NCBI GenBank assembly: GCA_000004985.1
Contig: GG738981.1
Strand: one strand, 5' to 3'
Source: Naegleria gruberi
Lineage: Eukaryota
DNA: 15,192 nucleotides
Position numbers and translations under genes: made by a program. Shown one piece after another: positions 1 to 8,645 of the stretch (position 1 is its first letter; each line of letters opens with the position of its first letter). The notes below the pieces were generated by a model, which saw only the letters and a program-made list of their open reading frames with translations, had not been told where the DNA came from and made no database searches.

Positions 1-280
1 AAATTTCCTCTCTCAATTTTTGATGATTCTTTCCATTATTAATTCCTTTCGAAAGACTATCATAGAGACAATTGCCATCCGATACGGAGGGAATAATTTT
101 GAAATGATCAGTCAGTAATTTTCCTCGGAGTGATGATGATGATGAAATATTGTTATCGGCAAAAGAAAATCTTGATGCAGAGAAATTACGAAAATAATTA
201 ATTTTTCTATTATTATTACTAATAATTTGTAATGAAGATGAAAAATTGGTGAATTGTTTTCTGCTTATCGATTTAATCAT
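1..280 (-). CDS. OTU-like cysteine protease (deubiquitinase-type), N-terminal part. ATG at 280..278 (minus strand); the CDS continues past position 1, so the C-terminal part lies outside the window.
   Basis: Hand translation of the minus strand from the ATG (context caacaaaaaaATG) is open through to position 1. It reads MIKSISRKQFTNFSSSLQIISNNNRKINYFRNFSASRFSFADNNISSSSSLRGKLLTDHFKIIPSVSDGNCLYDSLSKGINNGKNHQKLREEI. The block IPxxxDGNCLYxxLSxx...NHxxLRxE matches the catalytic Cys-box region of OTU-family proteases (e.g. GDGNCLFRALGDQ...NHLKHRQE). It is not listed in the supplied ORF track. Confidence 0.5.
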   Translation of the reverse strand, partial: MIKSISRKQFTNFSSSLQIISNNNRKINYFRNFSASRFSFADNNISSSSSLRGKLLTDHFKIIPSVSDGNCLYDSLSKGINNGKNHQKLREEI

Positions 281-371
281 TTTTTTGTTGCTTTTTAAAA
301 ATTGTAAAAATTTTCATCAACTAAAAGGAATTGATCATATTTGGTAATTAATTGTTAATAATAAATTCATT

Positions 372-1458
372 TTACTGTATTCCAGCAAGTTGTTTCAATG
401 TAGCATCATTGATTCCCTCCTTTCGAATATCTTCTCTGCATTTCATATCGGTGGCTGATAAGTTCCATAAGGATTTGGCTGCGAATGAGCTCACTTGCTT
501 ATCCTTTCCATTGGCAAATCGAATTAGTTGTGGAACAATTGCATGAGAGAGGAGAATCTTTTGATTTTCTGCATTCTTGGTCATGTTAAATAAGGCAGCA
601 TTATACGATTCCAAATTTGGTTGTGGAATTGGACATGGAGATTTGGAAAACCATTCAGCAATGAGTTTTACAAAACCACTCTCTCTAAATGCCTCAATAT
701 TTTCTCTCATATTGGTCAATTTGACCAACAAACTTGTGGCCATATTGAAACAAGATGGTTTTTGAGAGGCAATGCTAATTTCATCTCTCAAAAAATTGGT
801 CAAAATAATTAAACCTCCCTTAGATTGTGAAAATTCGAGGCACATTTCTGGACTAGCATAACATAGGGAAACTACTGAGGAGAGGACATGTTCGAGAGCT
901 GTCTTGTTTTTTGAAGAGAACTTTTTGAAGGCCGACACTAAATTGGACATGATGAATGTGTGTTCGTGGAGTTGAGTGGAAATTTCTGGATTTTGGACAA
1001 TGTTTCCAACTGCTCCTGCAGCACTTTGAGCAATTGAATCAACTGCATGAGTGAGGAAATTGCTTACCACTTTCAATGCCCTAACAAGTTGAATTTCAGA
1101 ACATTGTCCCTTCTTTTCACATACAAATGAGAGTGACATTAGACAGTTAGCAAGGCATTCATTATTTTCACTGTTTGGATTCTCTAAAATGGAAACCATC
1201 TTTTCCACAAATCCTTCCTTTACCAACAATTTCTGAATGGAACCACCCTCATCATCACTCACAATTAAATTGTAAACACAAAAGACAGTTTTCGATCTGA
1301 TTTGTTCCAATTGTGTTAAATCTATTTGTTTCACTAAAATCCTGAGAAGTGATTGATCATTGGCTGAGTTTTGTAATTTCTGAGCCATGTATTTTCCAGT
1401 AGTTGCACTTGTAGAGCTAGTTGTGGTGGAATTTGAACTTGCTTTTACAATTTTTGTA
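372..1458 (-). CDS. Armadillo (ARM)-repeat protein, C-terminal ~360 aa. Stop TAA at 374..372 (minus); the N-terminal part is hidden in the N run.
   Basis: Long clean minus-strand reading frame ending ...AKSLWNLSATDMKCREDIRKEGINDATLKQLAGIQ*. Repeated ~40-aa units carry ARM-like signatures (LVRALKVVSNF, AAGAVGNIV, AIVPQLIRFANGKDKQVSSFAAKSLWNLS). The upstream portion is Ser/Thr-rich (SSNSTTTSSTSATT) and still in frame at the gap edge, so the CDS probably continues into the gap rather than starting at the internal Met (1388). Confidence 0.7.
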
Positions 1459-4400
1459 NNNNNNNNNNNNNNNNNNNNNNNNNNNNNNNNNNNNNNNNNN
1501 NNNNNNNNNNNNNNNNNNNNNNNNNNNNNNNNNNNNNNNNNNNNNNNNNNNNNNNNNNNNNNNNNNNNNNNNNNNNNNNNNNNNNNNNNNNNNNNNNNNN
1601 NNNNNNNNNNNNNNNNNNNNNNNNNNNNNNNNNNNNNNNNNNNNNNNNNNNNNNNNNNNNNNNNNNNNNNNNNNNNNNNNNNNNNNNNNNNNNNNNNNNN
1701 NNNNNNNNNNNNNNNNNNNNNNNNNNNNNNNNNNNNNNNNNNNNNNNNNNNNNNNNNNNNNNNNNNNNNNNNNNNNNNNNNNNNNNNNNNNNNNNNNNNN
1801 NNNNNNNNNNNNNNNNNNNNNNNNNNNNNNNNNNNNNNNNNNNNNNNNNNNNNNNNNNNNNNNNNNNNNNNNNNNNNNNNNNNNNNNNNNNNNNNNNNNN
1901 NNNNNNNNNNNNNNNNNNNNNNNNNNNNNNNNNNNNNNNNNNNNNNNNNNNNNNNNNNNNNNNNNNNNNNNNNNNNNNNNNNNNNNNNNNNNNNNNNNNN
2001 NNNNNNNNNNNNNNNNNNNNNNNNNNNNNNNNNNNNNNNNNNNNNNNNNNNNNNNNNNNNNNNNNNNNNNNNNNNNNNNNNNNNNNNNNNNNNNNNNNNN
2101 NNNNNNNNNNNNNNNNNNNNNNNNNNNNNNNNNNNNNNNNNNNNNNNNNNNNNNNNNNNNNNNNNNNNNNNNNNNNNNNNNNNNNNNNNNNNNNNNNNNN
2201 NNNNNNNNNNNNNNNNNNNNNNNNNNNNNNNNNNNNNNNNNNNNNNNNNNNNNNNNNNNNNNNNNNNNNNNNNNNNNNNNNNNNNNNNNNNNNNNNNNNN
2301 NNNNNNNNNNNNNNNNNNNNNNNNNNNNNNNNNNNNNNNNNNNNNNNNNNNNNNNNNNNNNNNNNNNNNNNNNNNNNNNNNNNNNNNNNNNNNNNNNNNN
2401 NNNNNNNNNNNNNNNNNNNNNNNNNNNNNNNNNNNNNNNNNNNNNNNNNNNNNNNNNNNNNNNNNNNNNNNNNNNNNNNNNNNNNNNNNNNNNNNNNNNN
2501 NNNNNNNNNNNNNNNNNNNNNNNNNNNNNNNNNNNNNNNNNNNNNNNNNNNNNNNNNNNNNNNNNNNNNNNNNNNNNNNNNNNNNNNNNNNNNNNNNNNN
2601 NNNNNNNNNNNNNNNNNNNNNNNNNNNNNNNNNNNNNNNNNNNNNNNNNNNNNNNNNNNNNNNNNNNNNNNNNNNNNNNNNNNNNNNNNNNNNNNNNNNN
2701 NNNNNNNNNNNNNNNNNNNNNNNNNNNNNNNNNNNNNNNNNNNNNNNNNNNNNNNNNNNNNNNNNNNNNNNNNNNNNNNNNNNNNNNNNNNNNNNNNNNN
2801 NNNNNNNNNNNNNNNNNNNNNNNNNNNNNNNNNNNNNNNNNNNNNNNNNNNNNNNNNNNNNNNNNNNNNNNNNNNNNNNNNNNNNNNNNNNNNNNNNNNN
2901 NNNNNNNNNNNNNNNNNNNNNNNNNNNNNNNNNNNNNNNNNNNNNNNNNNNNNNNNNNNNNNNNNNNNNNNNNNNNNNNNNNNNNNNNNNNNNNNNNNNN
3001 NNNNNNNNNNNNNNNNNNNNNNNNNNNNNNNNNNNNNNNNNNNNNNNNNNNNNNNNNNNNNNNNNNNNNNNNNNNNNNNNNNNNNNNNNNNNNNNNNNNN
3101 NNNNNNNNNNNNNNNNNNNNNNNNNNNNNNNNNNNNNNNNNNNNNNNNNNNNNNNNNNNNNNNNNNNNNNNNNNNNNNNNNNNNNNNNNNNNNNNNNNNN
3201 NNNNNNNNNNNNNNNNNNNNNNNNNNNNNNNNNNNNNNNNNNNNNNNNNNNNNNNNNNNNNNNNNNNNNNNNNNNNNNNNNNNNNNNNNNNNNNNNNNNN
3301 NNNNNNNNNNNNNNNNNNNNNNNNNNNNNNNNNNNNNNNNNNNNNNNNNNNNNNNNNNNNNNNNNNNNNNNNNNNNNNNNNNNNNNNNNNNNNNNNNNNN
3401 NNNNNNNNNNNNNNNNNNNNNNNNNNNNNNNNNNNNNNNNNNNNNNNNNNNNNNNNNNNNNNNNNNNNNNNNNNNNNNNNNNNNNNNNNNNNNNNNNNNN
3501 NNNNNNNNNNNNNNNNNNNNNNNNNNNNNNNNNNNNNNNNNNNNNNNNNNNNNNNNNNNNNNNNNNNNNNNNNNNNNNNNNNNNNNNNNNNNNNNNNNNN
3601 NNNNNNNNNNNNNNNNNNNNNNNNNNNNNNNNNNNNNNNNNNNNNNNNNNNNNNNNNNNNNNNNNNNNNNNNNNNNNNNNNNNNNNNNNNNNNNNNNNNN
3701 NNNNNNNNNNNNNNNNNNNNNNNNNNNNNNNNNNNNNNNNNNNNNNNNNNNNNNNNNNNNNNNNNNNNNNNNNNNNNNNNNNNNNNNNNNNNNNNNNNNN
3801 NNNNNNNNNNNNNNNNNNNNNNNNNNNNNNNNNNNNNNNNNNNNNNNNNNNNNNNNNNNNNNNNNNNNNNNNNNNNNNNNNNNNNNNNNNNNNNNNNNNN
3901 NNNNNNNNNNNNNNNNNNNNNNNNNNNNNNNNNNNNNNNNNNNNNNNNNNNNNNNNNNNNNNNNNNNNNNNNNNNNNNNNNNNNNNNNNNNNNNNNNNNN
4001 NNNNNNNNNNNNNNNNNNNNNNNNNNNNNNNNNNNNNNNNNNNNNNNNNNNNNNNNNNNNNNNNNNNNNNNNNNNNNNNNNNNNNNNNNNNNNNNNNNNN
4101 NNNNNNNNNNNNNNNNNNNNNNNNNNNNNNNNNNNNNNNNNNNNNNNNNNNNNNNNNNNNNNNNNNNNNNNNNNNNNNNNNNNNNNNNNNNNNNNNNNNN
4201 NNNNNNNNNNNNNNNNNNNNNNNNNNNNNNNNNNNNNNNNNNNNNNNNNNNNNNNNNNNNNNNNNNNNNNNNNNNNNNNNNNNNNNNNNNNNNNNNNNNN
4301 NNNNNNNNNNNNNNNNNNNNNNNNNNNNNNNNNNNNNNNNNNNNNNNNNNNNNNNNNNNNNNNNNNNNNNNNNNNNNNNNNNNNNNNNNNNNNNNNNNNN

Positions 4401-5728
4401 NNNNNNNNNNNNNNNNNNNNNNNNNNNNNNNNNNNNNNNNNNNNNNNNNNNNNNNNNNNNNNNNNNNNNNNNNNNNNNNNNNNNNNNNNNNNNNNNNNNN
4501 NNNNNNNNNNNNNNNNNNNNNNNNNNNNNNNNNNNNNNNNNNNNNNNNNNNNNNNNNNNNNNNNNNNNNNNNNNNNNNNNNNNNNNNNNNNNNNNNNNNN
4601 NNNNNNNNNNNNNNNNNNNNNNNNNNNNNNNNNNNNNNNNNNNNNNNNNNNNNNNNNNNNNNNNNNNNNNNNNNNNNNNNNNNNNNNNNNNNNNNNNNNN
4701 NNNNNNNNNNNNNNNNNNNNNNNNNNNNNNNNNNNNNNNNNNNNNNNNNNNNNNNNNNNNNNNNNNNNNNNNNNNNNNNNNNNNNNNNNNNNNNNNNNNN
4801 NNNNNNNNNNNNNNNNNNNNNNNNNNNNNNNNNNNNNNNNNNNNNNNNNNNNNNNNNNNNNNNNNNNNNNNNNNNNNNNNNNNNNNNNNNNNNNNNNNNN
4901 NNNNNNNNNNNNNNNNNNNNNNNNNNNNNNNNNNNNNNNNNNNNNNNNNNNNNNNNNNNNNNNNNNNNNNNNNNNNNNNNNNNNNNNNNNNNNNNNNNNN
5001 NNNNNNNNNNNNNNNNNNNNNNNNNNNNNNNNNNNNNNNNNNNNNNNNNNNNNNNNNNNNNNNNNNNNNNNNNNNNNNNNNNNNNNNNNNNNNNNNNNNN
5101 NNNNNNNNNNNNNNNNNNNNNNNNNNNNNNNNNNNNNNNNNNNNNNNNNNNNNNNNNNNNNNNNNNNNNNNNNNNNNNNNNNNNNNNNNNNNNNNNNNNN
5201 NNNNNNNNNNNNNNNNNNNNNNNNNNNNNNNNNNNNNNNNNNNNNNNNNNNNNNNNNNNNNNNNNNNNNNNNNNNNNNNNNNNNNNNNNNNNNNNNNNNN
5301 NNNNNNNNNNNNNNNNNNNNNNNNNNNNNNNNNNNNNNNNNNNNNNNNNNNNNNNNNNNNNNNNNNNNNNNNNNNNNNNNNNNNNNNNNNNNNNNNNNNN
5401 NNNNNNNNNNNNNNNNNNNNNNNNNNNNNNNNNNNNNNNNNNNNNNNNNNNNNNNNNNNNNNNNNNNNNNNNNNNNNNNNNNNNNNNNNNNNNNNNNNNN
5501 NNNNNNNNNNNNNNNNNNNNNNNNNNNNNNNNNNNNNNNNNNNNNNNNNNNNNNNNNNNNNNNNNNNNNNNNNNNNNNNNNNNNNNNNNNNNNNNNNNNN
5601 NNNNNNNNNNNNNNNNNNNNNNNNNNNNNNNNNNNNNNNNNNNNNNNNNNNNNNNNNNNNNNNNNNNNNNNNNNNNNNNNNNNNNNNNNNNNNNNNNNNN
5701 NNNNNNNNNNNNNNNNNNNNNNNNNNNN
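1459..5728. other. Run of 4270 N (assembly gap or masked sequence); no information.
   Basis: Directly seen. All ORF-track entries whose translation is mostly X (372..5855-, 1387..5739+, 1421..5746+, 1445..5770-, 1417..6423-) exist only because N codons contain no stops. Confidence 0.99.
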
Positions 5729-6420
5729 TGGTCTTGTGAAGTTTGATTGGAGAGCCAATTTTCCAACCACATGGCTGTTTTCTTTTCTCCTGATTTTTCC
5801 TCTTGTTGTTGTTCATTGACTGAAGAATGCCACTCTGCATGAAACTCCTCTCCAAGAATTGGATTGTATGGTTTTAAACCTTCAAAGCTATCTCCAAAAG
5901 TATTTGAACACGAAATGAGTGAAAAGAGTAAGCAACATAACATTCTATCTAGCTCACTATCCATTTCCCTCAACACCTTCAAAGCCAGTGTTGGTTCTGT
6001 ATAGTAGGTATACAATTCAAGTGTTGAAATTGGTCTCATAATGAAAATAGGTGAACACATTCTCAAAAGGTCAACCTGAGGTTGTAACTGTTTGATAAAT
6101 TGCCACAGAATTGACGAAGACGACGAATCATTACTCTTCATCTTGTGAATCATTCCCCGATGAGAAAAGTCAGGGTGATGATAAATGTCATCTTGTCGTC
6201 CCTCAAAGGAACCATCATCATCAGACGATGATACCATCGAAGATCTATCATCACCATTCGATTCTACCAATGATGAACAGGCACTTGTTCCATTATTGGT
6301 GTGTGTACTATTGTTGTTATTGTTGATTATCTTTTGGAGTTCCTCTTCATTAACACTACTACTATTATTGTTGATATTAATACTCTTATCGTCCTCCAAC
6401 ATTGTATTTGAAGCCATCAT
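5729..6420 (-). CDS. Oxysterol-binding protein family (short Osh4/Kes1-like ORP), N-terminal ~230 aa. ATG at 6420..6418 (minus); continues into the N run.
   Basis: Minus-strand frame MMASNTMLEDDK...SSSSSILWQFIKQLQP...MCSPIFIMRPISTLELYTYYTEPTLALKV...RMLCCLLFSLISCSNTFGDSFEGLKPYNPILGEEFHAEW. The segment SSSSxxxFxKxI / PxFIxxPISxxExxxYxxxP / RMLxxxxxxIS / KPxNPxLGExFxxxW is co-linear with the N-terminal lid and the start of the OSBP-related domain in yeast Osh4/Kes1 (KPLNPFLGELFVGKW). The first codon reported by the ORF track (6423) is GTG; the first ATG is 6420. The EQVSHHPP fingerprint is not reached before the gap. Confidence 0.8.
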
Positions 6421-6476
6421 CACGAAGAAGTTAAATTAAATTATTATTATTTGGGTAATATAAATTCTTCAAGTTG

Positions 6477-6495
6477 GAATCGGCCGATTCAGCTG
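6477..6495. repeat. Perfect 14-bp palindrome GAATCGGCCGATTC (6477-6490), overlapping and followed by a CAGCTG E-box-type palindrome (6490-6495); 57-75 bp upstream of the OSBP-like gene ATG.
   Basis: Directly seen; the reverse complement of 6477-6490 equals itself. It is a GC-rich island in an otherwise AT-biased spacer, so a candidate transcription-factor site. No function can be asserted. Confidence 0.5.
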
Positions 6496-6870
6496 TTTTT
6501 TTATGATTATGTAATCACCAAGGATTTCCAACCTCAACTACTTGAGAACCACAACAAGATACCACCACAAGAATCACCTCATGACTTGAGATTTTAATGT
6601 GGACATTCGCAGTTGTCTCTCCTTGTTTTCATGTTCAAGTTGTGTAATGGATTTTTTTTAAGCTTTGAAATTTACTGGTTTTTGGGCGCCAATCGCAACA
6701 AGCGCATGAATTTATAGTTGAGCTAAGTTGAATTTCTTGAGAATCTGAGATCTATTTGAAAACCAAATTAAGCTTTTTGTGTTTTTCAGAGGAAGATAAC
6801 AAGGTAAACAACGTGTTAAAAATGTGTGGCTTCTCTGTGTTTACTTTTGCTGGCGTTGTCAAAATTGTTC

Positions 6871-6878
6871 TATAAATA
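6871..6878 (+). promoter_or_regulatory. TATA box (TATAAATA) for the RWP-RK gene, 84 bp upstream of ATG 6962, followed by an A-rich leader.
   Basis: Canonical TATAAATA at an appropriate distance from the first in-frame ATG. The in-frame region 6824-6961 begins with GTG (not ATG) and encodes a Cys/Trp-rich improbable peptide, consistent with promoter and 5'UTR rather than CDS. Confidence 0.35.
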
Positions 6879-6961
6879 CATCCATACAAAAAACACATGG
6901 TAAAAAAAATGTTCAAAACAATACCGTACCTATTAACAACAGCACACAACATCTCCCACCA

Positions 6962-8074
6962 ATGTCCTTCATTCACTACAATCCACTGGATGGAACTTCA
7001 CCAAAGAAGAAGCAATTAACATTGGATGAACTGAAGTCCGTTCTTCACTTGAGCCAAGAGCAAGCTGCTAAAGTACTTGGTACATCTTCTTTCAAACTTC
7101 GCTCTTTATTCAAGAAGCATAGAGAGGAGCTTTCTATGGTTAGATGGCCAACACAAAAGGCTAGACAACAAATGCTAACGAATAACAACAACAACAACAT
7201 CATAGTGAAGGAAGAAGAAGAATTTCCTAGAGATGAAAATGACTTTCCAATCTTTAAAAAATCTCTCATATACAAACAACAAATCAAAAAGGGCAATAAT
7301 CCATTCACTTCTATTGAACCTAAAATATTATATCTTCCTTCTCCACTTGAAAATAATCAACATAATGTTAACCATGAATCAATTTATTCCGGTTATACAG
7401 ATGATGATAAGATTTTCACCTTTAACAAATATGAACTACAAGATTTCTTACATTTTTTGGAAATGAAAAGATTGGAAAAGGATATTTGTGATCGTATGAT
7501 TGGTAGAGTAGCAAATGGATTCAAGAAAGTTGTATTCTGTATGCCAGTTTCAAAGTGTACCAGAAATGTATTTACCAGTTACTTTGATATGTATGGAGAA
7601 CATTGTACAATTAGAAGTAGAAAGGTTCTTGGATACGATTCTATTGGCTGTTTTACAAAAGGAAATGTTTCAAGATATGTGTTTGAATTTCCATATTTAC
7701 CAACATTCGGAAATGGACGATGGACTTTGAATCAATATAGTTTAGATAATAATAATTATGAATCGGAATTTGAAGATGGGGAAGGAATAACAATATTCAA
7801 CGATTCTACATCAACAACAAGTAGTACATCATCAAATGATTTCAGTTTTCCAGTTATCGAAGACAATGATTATTCATTTTTAGGAGAGGAGTTGAATGAG
7901 TTTAATGAACATTGCAATAGACAATTGGAATTCATGGAAGGATGGGATCATGTTCGAAACATGGTTTATAGATTAAGTGTTTCTCATAATTCAATCACTC
8001 AACTGGTTACAGTTTCATTCGGAATGATTTCTTTGAAGTTGTGGTATGATGGAACCTATAAAGAAACATTTTAA
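6962..8074 (+). CDS. RWP-RK domain protein (putative NIN-like/RKD-type transcription factor), 370 aa, apparently a single exon.
   Basis: ATG at 6962 within ORF-track entry 6824..8074 (whose reported start is GTG). N-terminal residues ~23-70 are QLTLDELKSVLHLSQEQAAKVLGTSSFKLRSLFKKHREELSMVRWPTQKARQ. This matches the RWP-RK consensus (LtLedLskyFhlpikeAAkeLgvslTtLKriCRq.gIsRWPhRK), including the invariant RWP. An Asn run and an acidic stretch follow. The C-terminal 300 aa have no domain I recognise. Stop TAA 8072-8074 overlaps an AATAAA. Confidence 0.8.
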   Translation: MSFIHYNPLDGTSPKKKQLTLDELKSVLHLSQEQAAKVLGTSSFKLRSLFKKHREELSMVRWPTQKARQQMLTNNNNNNIIVKEEEEFPRDENDFPIFKKSLIYKQQIKKGNNPFTSIEPKILYLPSPLENNQHNVNHESIYSGYTDDDKIFTFNKYELQDFLHFLEMKRLEKDICDRMIGRVANGFKKVVFCMPVSKCTRNVFTSYFDMYGEHCTIRSRKVLGYDSIGCFTKGNVSRYVFEFPYLPTFGNGRWTLNQYSLDNNNYESEFEDGEGITIFNDSTSTTSSTSSNDFSFPVIEDNDYSFLGEELNEFNEHCNRQLEFMEGWDHVRNMVYRLSVSHNSITQLVTVSFGMISLKLWYDGTYKETF

Positions 8075-8182
8075 TAAAGTATAACATTTAATCTATCACT
8101 TTTATACCATCATTATCACTTACATCAACAAGTTCAACAATAACATTAATCAACTTCAACTTCTGTTTCACCTAACAAAGTA

Positions 8183-8231
8183 TTTTTTGACCCTGCAATA
8201 AAAATAAAAAATTTATTGCAGGGTCAAAAAA
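8183..8231. repeat. Perfect inverted repeat / hairpin. Stem 8183-8202 (TTTTTTGACCCTGCAATAAA) pairs with 8212-8231 (TTTATTGCAGGGTCAAAAAA); 9-nt loop AATAAAAAA. The stem ends 1 nt before the ATG at 8232.
   Basis: Directly seen; 20/20 complementary positions. GC-rich 8-bp core GACCCTGC/GCAGGGTC. Two tandem AATAAA hexamers (8197-8202, 8203-8208) sit in the stem-loop junction. Confidence 0.85.
8197..8208 (+). promoter_or_regulatory. Tandem AATAAA polyadenylation-signal motifs, ~125 bp downstream of the RWP-RK stop codon.
   Basis: AATAAAAATAAA seen directly. An additional AATAAA overlaps the stop codon at 8073-8078. Which one is used cannot be determined from sequence alone. Confidence 0.3.
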
Positions 8232-8645
8232 ATGCTTAAACAACCCAAACGCAAAAAACAAAAACAGGACCATCAAAACACAACTTCAACAATAACAACA
8301 ACAACATCAACCCCAACAACAACAACAACTTCATCGATTAGAAAGTGTATTGTTAATTGTATCAATAATCAAATACGCTTTTCTAAATCGGAAACACTAG
8401 TAACTTTATTAAAAGATTCAATGAATAAGAAGGAGTCATCAAATGAAATTTGTATTGTTTGTAAAAACGGAACACCAGATAAAGTTAGACCCTATGATCA
8501 TTTTAAACCACATTCTAAAAAGATTATTAAATTATCAAATAATATTCCTATTAAATCTATTAATAATTATGATGAGTTAATTAAAGAAATGATTAGTAAT
8601 AATTTTGCTAAATTTATGTTTTTAAACCCACAGGGGTTTAATTAG
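8232..8645 (+). CDS. Hypothetical protein: first open frame of an unresolved gene locus (137 codons, ATG start, Thr-rich low-complexity N-terminus).
   Basis: True ATG at 8232 with AAAAAAATG context. Translation: MLKQPKRKKQKQDHQNTTSTITTTTSTPTTTTTSSIRKCIVNCINNQIRFSKSETLVTLLKDSMNKKESSNEICIVCKNGTPDKVRPYDHFKPHSKKIIKLSNNIPIKSINNYDELIKEMISNNFAKFMFLNPQGFN*. It has protein-like composition; no homology recognised. Confidence 0.45.
   Translation: MLKQPKRKKQKQDHQNTTSTITTTTSTPTTTTTSSIRKCIVNCINNQIRFSKSETLVTLLKDSMNKKESSNEICIVCKNGTPDKVRPYDHFKPHSKKIIKLSNNIPIKSINNYDELIKEMISNNFAKFMFLNPQGFN

Noticed and set aside
372-6423. Very long ORFs (1441-1827 aa on both strands) spanning 1417-6423
   Set aside because: Their translations are X across the N run. 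N codons cannot contain stops, so the apparent continuity is an artefact. Only the flanking readable parts (372-1458 minus, 5729-6420 minus) are real coding sequence, and they belong to different genes (ARM-repeat vs OSBP).
6111-6439. Plus-strand ORFs 6111..6326 and 6185..6439 (71 and 84 aa)
   Set aside because: They lie antisense within the OSBP-like CDS and have His/Cys/Leu-rich or low-complexity translations typical of shadow frames opposite a real gene.
6824-6961. ORF-track start at 6824 for the RWP-RK gene (and starts at 8752, 9037, 352, 6423, 13906..14142-)
   Set aside because: These codons are GTG or TTG, not ATG. The supplied track evidently uses a bacterial start set and prints M. 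In a eukaryotic gene they are not initiation codons. 6824-6961 additionally contains the TATA box and encodes an implausible Cys/Trp-rich peptide.
7045-7730. Short ORFs inside or antisense to the RWP-RK CDS (7045..7308-, 7233..7466+, 7515..7730+)
   Set aside because: They are alternative-frame or antisense readings within a well-supported 370-aa CDS, with no independent start context or motif.
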